Notes under the pieces: generated by a model
What the model was told of the DNA's origin: nothing
The model's database searches: none
Seen by the model: the letters and a program-made list of their open reading frames with translations, nothing else
Assembly: GCA_977030845.1 (NCBI GenBank)
Contig: OZ365109.1
Span: 51,832,001-51,896,000 of the forward strand
DNA from: Fimbriosthenelais zetlandica
Taxonomy: Eukaryota
DNA: 64,000 nucleotides
Direction: 5' to 3'
Translations under genes and position numbers: made by a program
In this document: piece after piece, positions 53,901 to 64,000 of the stretch
Position numbering within the stretch: position 1 is the stretch's first letter
How the letters are laid out: the number at the start of each line of letters is the position of its first letter

Positions 53901-56900
53901 TCCATTTGTGTGCATAACAAGGAAAAATGCCATTGCTTTGAACGTTTTTGTTGTCCCGAGGCATGGACAAACACTCAGTACGGTGGGGTCCATGCGTTCA
54001 AGTATGGATGCCAAGACTATGACGATTTAAGAAAGCAATAAATTAGTGACTGGGGTCATTTTGTGCATGGACATTACAAAAGGGCTTTCTGAAGAACTCA
54101 ATATTTCGCTGATTTACGCACAGTAGGAATGCTGGGTTCGGTCATGTAGAGAGTGAGTCTTTACTGCCGGTCATGCCTTCCCCTCTTGTCTACCATTGTG
54201 AACCATTCCCAGCCTGGGAAACTTCAGGGCAATAAACATTTCAAGACATTGTAAAACTAAAAGGGGCTTAGATATTGGACTCGCTGTCTCCAAGAGGTCC
54301 AGTTTCTATGGCATTCCTTGGTCGTTTCTGTCCAAGGTCCAACACCTCCATTGATTCACAATGACACATTGTTTCCTACTAAGTTTCCGATATCATTGCC
54401 TCTAATAGTGACTTCTATTGACCAAGGCTATTGACTTTAAGTCCAAAAGCAAGAAGTGAAAGAATGAAAATCTGTGATCAATGAAGGTGTGCAAGAAAAT
54501 TGGTATATAATCTATAACGGAAGGAATATTTTATGAACTAAGATACCAGTGATCCTGCCACCTTTCCTTTGGATTTGCTCAAACCTAATGACACTTTGTA
54601 CAGTTATATATTTAAATACACATTATTTCTCTTCGGCTGTTAAAAGAACATTGATTGGAGGTACTAAAGCGTTGCTTCCTCTCCATTTATGAAGTCAACT
54701 TCCGACATATGCCCCGCTGTAACTAGGCAAAGATATGTCAGAAAGTACAAAATGATGATTTGATAGTTGCCGAGGGACTGGGGGCATCCACAGCTCCCAC
54801 GGCAACTGACAGTTATATCAAGTATCACCTTGCTTCCCGTCATTTTCCCCTGGGATTTTTGCTTCCCCTCTGTCCTGTCAGAAGCCACAAGGCTCCCGAG
54901 TATGATGGCTGACAGGGACGGTTGCTATGGGTACGGCTATGCTACTGACACGCACGTTGAAGCTGGCAATATAGGTCTGCCTTCAATGGTCTCAATAGCG
55001 CTGTCATACTTGAATCTCGAGACCAGACAGAGCGCTTCTAGTCCCTTAACACCTGTTAAATTATCCATGCCCATGGAGCTAAATATGTATGTACTTTGTA
55101 AAGATAAGGGATTCATTGAATTATGGTCCATGGAAATCATGTTAACATCATAGTGGCATGGACCATTGAACTCAACTTAAGTATGTCCTGCCCATTAATT
55201 TAAATTATTGAAAATAGTCATCATGGATATGATTCTATGATAGTCTCAATTGTCCTCAGTGCCCCTATGTAGCTTGGCCTTTGGATCTGTGGTGTTAGTA
55301 CCTTGAAATCCACACCTGTGGCGTCCTTCTCCCCCTACCTGTGGAAGGTAGAAACTAACACCCCTTTCCATATATAAACACACCAGCAATCAACTCCTAA
55401 ACTCTCCATCCATACCCCTAGCCATTACCAGAATATCCATTCTACTAATGTTTGCTGGAAAAACCCTCAGATCTCTGCAAATCTTCACACACTTGTTTCC
55501 TCGCACGTGTGAAGGATTTAAGTGAAGTTAACGCCTCTGAAAACCTAAGACCTTAATAATGAACCTTTCCATGGAAACATCAAAGGCTCGGTTCACAACA
55601 AGTGGGCGGGTCTTTCTTCTCTAATCCACCCTGGCTTTTACCCCCAGCGTTCCCTACTACGGGCTTGGGTTAAACCTATTGTTTTGGCTGCCGTTTTATT
55701 TGTGTTTCGCTCGATTTATCGCAACTGATGGATCAATGGTATGTGGTTAAGTATTAGCGACACACGCCACTTTGGTCTTAAAAGTCTTAGAAACAGCTGG
55801 ATCGTAACCCTTACGTATATTTAACCTGAGTTTTCACACATGAAGACCGAGCTATTTACAAATAGAACGAGCCCTTCTTATTTTAAAGATATATATATTT
55901 TAATGCATCTGCACATAGAAAGGGGCCGAGAGTACGGTACACCAATTGAGGGTTCATTGCTTTGAAAAATTAAACATGATTCCTTAAGGATTTCAAGCTT
56001 CAATTAGTTCATAAAGGTTTTAGAGTCCTGTAAATGTGAGTGATTCATGAGAAGGAACCGAACGTTAAAATGTATTCGTGGCAGAAATTTTCAAATACTG
56101 GTCATACATTCAAAAGCACCAGTAGCTATTAGAAAATTACACCGGTCTAATATTGATTCTCTGCATACTTGAATCTATACTATATTTGGTATGGACTCTT
56201 GATTATCTCACTAACGAGGTGCCTATAGGTAAGTGGTTCCTTCCACACACCTGTGCTTCAAAGGTCCACCGGTCCCACTGGTCACAAAACCTTCCCCTGA
56301 CCCATGCACAAGTGTCTAAGGTATCACCTCCCAGGTCCACTTGAGCTGTCCAACACCTTATTCACCTGGGCCGCCTAGTTTCTGGCCGGGTGCTCCAACA
56401 ACTTTCATTTATTTGCTGATCTCTTAGGCACTGTGAATTCCCAGTGGTGACAGTGTCAACACCTCTGACAGTCCCATCAGTGGTTCCCTCATTCTGGGGT
56501 ATACCACCTTCACTTCCCTTTAGGACAATGCCCCATTTTCAATGGCTTTTGTATTAGTGAGGTGCAGTGGGACCTCGTTAGACTTCTCCTCACACTCCCT
56601 GTCCTGAGATTTCCTCCCAGGAGGAAAGCACCAGAACAGTAGAGCACCTTTATAATTGGTTCTCTGATATAATTTTCAATTTTATGAATTCAATAATTGG
56701 GAAAGCGTATAACGTCCATCTTGCTATAATCCCAAAGCTTGTATCCCCAGAGTAGATTTGTCCAATTTTGGCAATGACCTTCTGCGGAAATTGCCTCAAA
56801 CTAAAATGTCTTAATTATGGTAAGAAAATATTCCACCTTCTGTGTTCCGACACATTATTATGAAAATTTTTCTTTTTTGACTGCAAGAAATCCACTACAA

Positions 56901-57253
56901 ATGCCCACTACTGTGAGTTTGTTAGTCTTCACTTGATTGACTTTACTGCTCCCTGGTGGCAATTTAGTTTAGCACTTCTGTAGCAGACTTCGTCACGACT
57001 GTTTGTTTTTCCAGGGCTGCCTAGCTAAGCATGTGATGGACAAACCAGTAAAAATGTCATCCCCTCGTCAACAAATACTTAAAGGACCTCTACACGTGAT
57101 TTTAGGGTTTGTGGGTTTGGGCTGGGATCTAAATCATACCCCATAGATACCCTGATCGGGTTACATCAGTGGGTCTCATTGGTGATTGAATTAAATGGGT
57201 GCTCACGGCAATGGAGATCGTATTGATAATACTAGCATTTGTTTACCTTTCAG

Positions 57254-57304
57254 GGCAATTGAATCTTTCCATAACAGCAAGTCATGGTCAACTCACCATT
57301 CACA
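57254..57304 (+). CDS. RGS3: Internal exon encoding the start of a C2 domain, RGS3-like: (G)QLNLSITASHGQLTIH(I)
   Basis: Acceptor TTTGTTTACCTTTCAG and donor CACA|GTAAGT; 51 nt, phase 1 to 1, open. Matches human RGS3 long-isoform C2 start GQLRLSIDAQDRVLLLH (recalled, not searched) at 9/17 positions. The trailing A fits the expected Ile. The symbol means RGS3-like; a related C2-PDZ protein is not excluded. Confidence 0.65.
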
Positions 57305-59239
57305 GTAAGTTTCTACTCACTCTGTTAGTTTAGTATGTGTAGTGTGCATGCAGAGTCAATGGCCCAGTTTGTATTGATTGCATGCTTAATCTGACCCATC
57401 TGATTCTTAGCGATTTCTTCGTCATATCTTACACAAGTAGTCTGATCCATATATTACATATGTAATACATGTACTACTTGAAATATATATATTGTACTAC
57501 ATACGTGTACAAGTAACATATGCTTCATGTACAACATATATTACTCATGGTGTTGTATAGAATTCAGATAAATAGCATATTGATGTTTGAATAGGACAAA
57601 TAAGAAAATGGTAGTGATTCCAGTTGATAACATTTCATATCAGTCCAGTCTTGAAATGCAGAACACAATACAATACACATTTATGGCTCGGACATTGGCT
57701 GTAAGTAGGGTATGTGATGGTATAGATACCTATTATGACATGTAGTGGTAGTTGGTAGCTGAAGGGTGGAGACAGCTGCTGATAAGGGACGTGAAAGTCC
57801 CATGCTCTCATTTACTAAAGATACATGATGTCAACTGAAGAACTCAATGTTGACCCAGAACCAGTAAAGTACCCACTTTTCCACTCCCTGAACTATAGAA
57901 AACTTTTATTTAATCAATTTATTGTTTCCAAACATATACCTCAAGGATTGACCCAACATTTTCCTTGTCCCATATTTGTCTGATTTAAGAAACAAAACCA
58001 GAAATGTTTTGTATAGAATAGACTTGAAATGTATTCCTGGAGGGTAGGTGGTCAGTATTTCTAGGTTGACCTCGCAGACTGAAAACATAGCCTGGGGGGG
58101 CAGTCCCTGTACATTCAGCCCTGGAGGTGCTTGTGACTGTGCCTCCTAATCAAGCCTTCCTGTAGCCACAAGCCTGGCGCCCGACTATCACACTGTCACG
58201 CTTCAGTGGACTAGCAGGCACCGAATCGTGGGGTCAACTTCACAGTGATCGTGTCTCAAATATTCACTTATTCACTAATGAATATATCTTTCAGTGTTGA
58301 GGCACAATGAACGTGTCAGAACTTGGCTATATTTCCTGGAACTGTCTACTTTATTTAAATTCCAAAGTTTGTATACAGATGCAAAGTAGATTCAGGAAAT
58401 GTGGTTTCCATTGCGGTTAGGAAATGTATATTTTTTTCCTGGAGAAATGTTTTTGCTGGGTGGACTGTGATGGTCCCGGAGTCACGCTGCTCCAGTGCTT
58501 GTGGTGACAGGTCACTTTGCAGCTGGTGCCTTATGTTACCACTAAACAACACCCCTGTCATCTCTCCCTACTCCTCACTGATGAATTCATAACAACAACC
58601 CCGCAAAAGAACTCCCTTCAAAGATCCCATCCCCCATCAAAAACCTCTACAGTGGAAAAGACCAACACTGTCCTTTTTCAAAATCAACTCATTTCCCGGA
58701 CGTCCCTAATTGATTGGTCCAGGTTTTTGAATTTGATACAATGAAAATACTGGACGTTTCGCCTAGTTTGATAAATAAATACTGACCTCTACTTTGATCT
58801 AAGCAGTTTGACCCATGCTTGAACTTTAGATCAAATAGTGGACTTCCTTGGTCCGGTATTGGGCTACCTTGACGTCTGTGTTCAATAGTGATTATACTGT
58901 TGTCTGGGAGACATCTGATGGGAATAGTCCCTATCTTCATATCCTGCCAAAACATCATTTAAAGTGAGACCTCTCTGTGTTGTTATAACCCAGAGAGATC
59001 AAAAGATGGGTTTGGTTTTAATTTTAGCATGAGTGAAAATAATTAAACCGTGAAGCTAACCTTTCCTGGCCGGGAAGTTTAAAAATGTGTAAGTCTGGGT
59101 TTGGGAGGAGGAGGACACGTGTGGTTGATCATCCAGGAATACTTCCATGTGTAAGATGTCACCATTCTCCTCACTGATGAGTGAGCAACTCGCCCTGGAG
59201 CTGTGACCCGCTCTGACCTAACACCAACGGTTCCTGGAG

Positions 59240-60040
59240 GAGGGATGGGAGGGGTCGGGAGACATGTAGGCTACAGGAGGAGTCCTAGAAATGTCTCCCC
59301 TGACGAGAGGTGACGTAAGCTTGACGCCATCTTTGTTCTGATAACTGAGAAATGGATGGAAATGTTTTCTTGACGTTAAACCGCCATTTCCTATCTCGTA
59401 CACTTGATAAGAGTTAAGAGGGACATCTGTAGACAGGATGAGTTCTATCCTTCTTAGATCTCATGATTTGAACTCGATCTCTTCAAGTCTGAACTTGTTG
59501 CATTCCTGAAATCTTATTTCTTGAAGTTTACACTGTTCAAACTAGTTTGATTTGAATTTTGCTGATTGAGGCATCATCACGATTCATATGCGTTATGTAA
59601 TATAGTTGATCAGTATGTCTTGTGACATGCCAAGGAAACCGATATACAATGTTGATATGAATAGAAAATGTTCACGCCTCCCATCACATTGAAATTGAGG
59701 ACCATCTGGTTTTCTGTTGTGGAATTTGAGACTCAACCAGAACCATACGGAGGTAACAGCTGGGATGTCACACAAGGAAAAGTTGTCTCCCTCCTCCTGT
59801 CCCCCATACAGTTACACCTTACTGCATCAGCAAGCCCTCTTCTCCAGCTCCAGCTCCTCCCCCTGCTCCTTCATTCTCTTCCTCCTCCTGTGTCCGGAAA
59901 CGCTCACCATGGAGGAGTCTCGTGCCACGCCATGGATGATGGATATGCCTGGTTCCATTTGGCATGCATGATAAATGATGGTTGAATTCCGGTAGAAAAG
60001 TCTCCAGTAGAGAGGAACAAGGGAGGAGAAAGAGATACTC
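59240..60040. promoter_or_regulatory. Intronic promoter/enhancer-like region
   Basis: Four TGACG half-CREs (59301, 59311, 59322, 59371), two YY1-like motifs (59325, 59381), a G4 motif (59242-59259) and a CT-rich tract (59787-59890). Confidence 0.3.
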
Positions 60041-63000
60041 ACTCATTCACTGGGTCACTGTGTTACTGATCAAACGCCCAAACACACCCACTCCTGGAAG
60101 TGGATTACTTAACTTGTCCTAGGATTTTACCTTCTAGAGGATTTCATTTTGGTGGAAAGGGCCTTCAAATGGTGAGATTTTGAACATTTGTTCAATACTT
60201 TGCTTGAATATCATAGTAATCTATCATAGTAATCTATGGTTAAATAATACCTTTTGAGGATAGTAATTTTGAAAATCTTGTGGGATCAGAAATTACTTTC
60301 ATAATAGGTACAAGGGATTTGCCTTTTTAATATACACTCAAAATATTCAATCAGACTGACGAGGGTTTTTGAATTGGCAGCGTTTAGGAACGGTTCAGGA
60401 TTGGCCAGTGTTCAAATTAGTTTACATTTCACTTGCATAACCTTCCAATGATCCCCTAAGTGCCTCATGATTGGCGAAAACTTTCTTTTCCCACAGACTG
60501 ACTCTTCTCTCTGATGACCTAACATTAGAGCAGTGTGTACTTTTGAAAGGGAAATGAGTAGAAAAAAGGCTCTTGAAATCAAAGGCCGGTGGGCGCGTCC
60601 TTTGGTTCGCGCCACGTCCGTTTGGAGTCGCCCTGCTTCAATATTGAAAAGTCGACCAAACCAACGCAAATTAGATCTTTTTAGGCTCCTGGGGATTTCC
60701 TGAGTGGAAATTACTACCCCTTAACTAAGATACTTATACGTGGATGAGGCCTGTTGATAGCACACAAAGGTGTTTGACATGACAGGTAGTGCAACCCTTG
60801 TCTTGTAATTGGCGTATGAGAGAGGTGTACCATGGGTTAGAACCAAACTGTTACCAATCCCAGCTTGTGCTCTCCCTCGGGGTCTCAACTCAACAAAGAC
60901 AAAAGTCAGAAAACCTCTTCTCGTGGACTTATGAAAGGAGGCGTGTTTGAAGAGGTCATGCCCACGACTCCTATTGTTTATAGGAATTTAGTAATTTGGG
61001 AAAGAATGACTGTCTGATTGTGAAAAGGAGAATTATAGATTTGTCTGTTGATGACCATATCGGTTTTGTGGTCCAAGAATTAATTTGTTTGATTAGCTGG
61101 TTTATGGGGGGGGGGGACTTTGCGCTCTAGAATTAAATTAAGCTTTATACATGTTACATGTTAGAAACGGAATTATTTAAAGCAATACAATGCATCATCA
61201 GTATAAAAAAGGTTCATCATGATGCAGCTCTTCAAAGGCATACCAAATTTAAAATATTGTCCACTCTTGTTCTGCGGAAATATGACTATGTAGATAATGT
61301 GTATTTTGTTTCAATGAAAGCCCTAAATTGACCATTAATATCCGAAGAATATAAAAGTGGCCAACGAAGCATTAAGTAAGCTCCCCCTCCTAATCAACCT
61401 TTGATGCATAACTTGAAGCGAGAGCGACATTGTCTTAAAAGTGTCAAGTACTGTTAATGACTTCAGCGCCAAGACAAGTGCTCTTTGCCTTTGTCTTAGA
61501 GTTTCTGATATTACACTTCGGAGAAAACTATACATAATATTTTAAGATGTACGTAACAGAATTCAGAAAATCTAAATGCATTCTACATAGAAGTTCTGAA
61601 TAACATATTCCAACGTTTTATAAGAAAAAAAGATCTGTGCTACTTTTCCAACATGAATTTAAAGATTTAACTTTTCTCAGGAGAAAATTCAAAAGGTATA
61701 TTTTTGAAATTATAAGGATACTTAATATGGTATCGGATGTACATCTCTTAAAGTATCAGTGTTAAAATTTAAGCCACCAAAGGAGATTCTACCTTTCCAG
61801 TCCCTTTGATATATTCTTGCTTCGGGGGAAGGGTGTTTAAAAACTGCTTAGAGGTTGTAAGATAAAACCCCCGAGCTCTACCATTTTGTTATAGTGAAAC
61901 ACAATCTCCAGCGCGCGAGGCATAAAAGTGAAACATAACTTGTTTTCGGTTTATTCACGATACCCCTAGCGGCGAGCAAAAATCTTAATGCGTCCTTTAA
62001 TCACCAGGGGCATGGGTGTGCCCGTTTTGTTTTCTTCAGTAATGGCGGACACAAGCCTTGCATAATGCCTTCATAGGTAATGATTAAGGTACGCGAGGCC
62101 GAGTATACTTTTAAAGGACTACAATGGTATTGTGTAATGTGGAAGGCTCGAGGTGATTAAGGGGTGGAATGGGAGAGTGTCGGTGAGGTGCTTTGATGGA
62201 GCACGCGCTCTGCCATAAGCATGGTAACACAGGTGTCTAATGGTTCCCACCTACCAGAATACACCCAGGTATCATTACCTCTTTTGTCTTCAATTTCCTC
62301 ATGAAATGGTGATAATGGTACGCTCAAAGCTTACGCCCAGTTTGGTTAGCAATGCTAAAAATGGTTTGCAAGAAAATGTGTTTTCTAAACTACATAGTCC
62401 TTTATACATTATTATTGAGTGTGCACATATTATATATTGTTGATTGTGGAGTCTTGGATCCCGAATTCCAAGGATTGAGATTAACAAGTGCATATACTCT
62501 AGATATATTATTACTGAAACTATCTTTGTTTTAACTAAAAGAAAAGACAGAAACACCTGATTATAGATTGGGTTTAATTACCCTGAGTGATCACAAAAAC
62601 ATTAGTTCAGCTAGCACCTAAATGTGACATTTTTAACTCAATTAAGTGTAGATCATTACTTAAGGACATTCCACCAGATGGACAAGCTATACTTAAGAAA
62701 AGTTATTAGGAGTATCTTCCGTCTCATTCCACTTAAGGAAATGAGTAGATATTTCAGGTAACACGTTCTGCCCTGCGTGTGATCGCAAGAAACAAAAGAA
62801 AGCAATTAACATGAACTGTGATCTCAAGAGACGCTAAGGTAGAACAAGGGTCTTCTACTAACTTAAGTGTGAACCGTTTTGTGGACCACACCTGTTCATC
62901 TTCCTTCACTGTCTGTAACTTCTGTTAGACCTTTAAGTTAAAATATATCGGTAGCTGCATTTATATAACCAATATAATAAAATGGAAATGAGAAAAAATG

Positions 63001-64000
63001 AGCTCCCCCAATCATATATAACAGTTAAGTTTACATTATGCAAATTGTGTACATAAAAGTTACGGTCTGGCGGCCCATGATGGCCTGCTGGGAGCAATAT
63101 TTTATTTTTCCAACGGTTAAAACATTATAGGGCCAAGTTCATATTGTTTTGGATAGAATTCTTCGAATAAATACCATCGATGCAGTCACATTCGAGTTTT
63201 GCCCAGTCCAAGTTCAGCCCTAAATTACCCAGTTTTTCGGTATACCTTTGGCTTTGTACTCCCCTGGGATTTTTTTTCTCCCACTCTTTGAGGTTTTGAA
63301 TGACTCCCACACACAACTTTTTGAAAGAGAAAAACTCTGGCTCCCTTCTTAATAATAGGCCTCGCTTTGAAACCGGTTTAATCCGGCCCAAGAAAAGATG
63401 GCTTGATTAACTCACAATGTATTTCATAATCCCAGTGGATCTCCGGGCGTTTTCAGCTGGTGAAAAAAGCTTTTTCCCTTTGAAGAGATATTTGTATTGA
63501 AATATCAACAGGTCAGATTGATCTGCGGGGGAGGTGAAAGTCCTGGGGCTGGGATGACCACGGTAAAAGAACGCCCCCTGTTGGTTTGTATCTTTGAAGT
63601 TTCGCAAGGTGGGCGTGACTTCTGGCCACCTGAGGACGGCCGCTAGATGTCCTCCCCTAACAAAGATGCAACCTGTGTCCACATGTCCCAATATTGATGG
63701 GGGAATCCAAGGTTATTTTGCACCATCTGAAATTTCGAAATTTAAAATGAACACAATTTGAAGTAATTTAAAAAACAAAAAACAAATGTGATTTATCATA
63801 TTGCCGTCCATACTGTGATTTTGAGATAATAGGGACAGATTAGCTTAATAGGTGAGATCTTGAGCTAGCTTAAATTTTAATCCTGAGCGCCCCCCGTTAG
63901 AATATGACCCTCGTCACTAAGCGCCAGTGGTCAGGGATGAGTAGGTCGCATCTGGTCATGAGGAGAGTGCCACATTTACATCTCCTACTGCAACAGGTTC

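Noticed and set aside
59218-59506. Minus-strand frame open on both sides of one TGA (possible readthrough or selenocysteine)
   Set aside because: No homology, no SECIS seen, antisense to the inferred gene; better explained as regulatory sequence.
61860-62000. CCTTTAA ends suggesting Kolobok-type MITEs (also 27176, 33543)
   Set aside because: Only single ends with no matching TIR; probably decayed repeats but not supportable without a library.
1-64000. CRISPR array, operon or prokaryotic defence system
   Set aside because: No regularly spaced repeats or gene-dense ORFs; sequence has spliceosomal intron and eukaryotic transposon character.

Overview
AT-rich (roughly 35-40% GC by eye) animal genomic DNA, almost entirely non-coding. 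There are no operons, rRNA/tRNA genes, CRISPR arrays or intact transposases, and the longest ORFs (~130 aa) are at chance level. Frequent TAGGCCTA and TACATGTA words suggest a marine invertebrate, possibly an echinoderm or hemichordate (low confidence). My best reading is that the window is the intron-rich 5' region of one plus-strand gene. A 51-nt exon at 57254-57304 encodes (G)QLNLSITASHGQLTIH(I), resembling the start of the C2 domain of long RGS3 (C2-PDZ-RGS) proteins. Upstream are several candidate exons ending in phase 1 on a G (30310-30359, 35225-35282, 38922-39189, 43341-43362, 50678-50906). Each would splice in frame to that exon, and no two can be chained directly in their K/R/P-G-ending frames. 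This suggests alternative promoters and N-termini converging on the C2 exon. Also present: a TA-flanked non-autonomous Tc1/mariner-pogo-like element nested in a palindromic MITE (742-1971), small tandem duplications, and CpG-rich patches with CCAAT, CRE, E-box, YY1 and CTCF-like motifs. All exon calls are by-eye predictions needing RNA-seq or homology confirmation. I found no prokaryote-type novel system.
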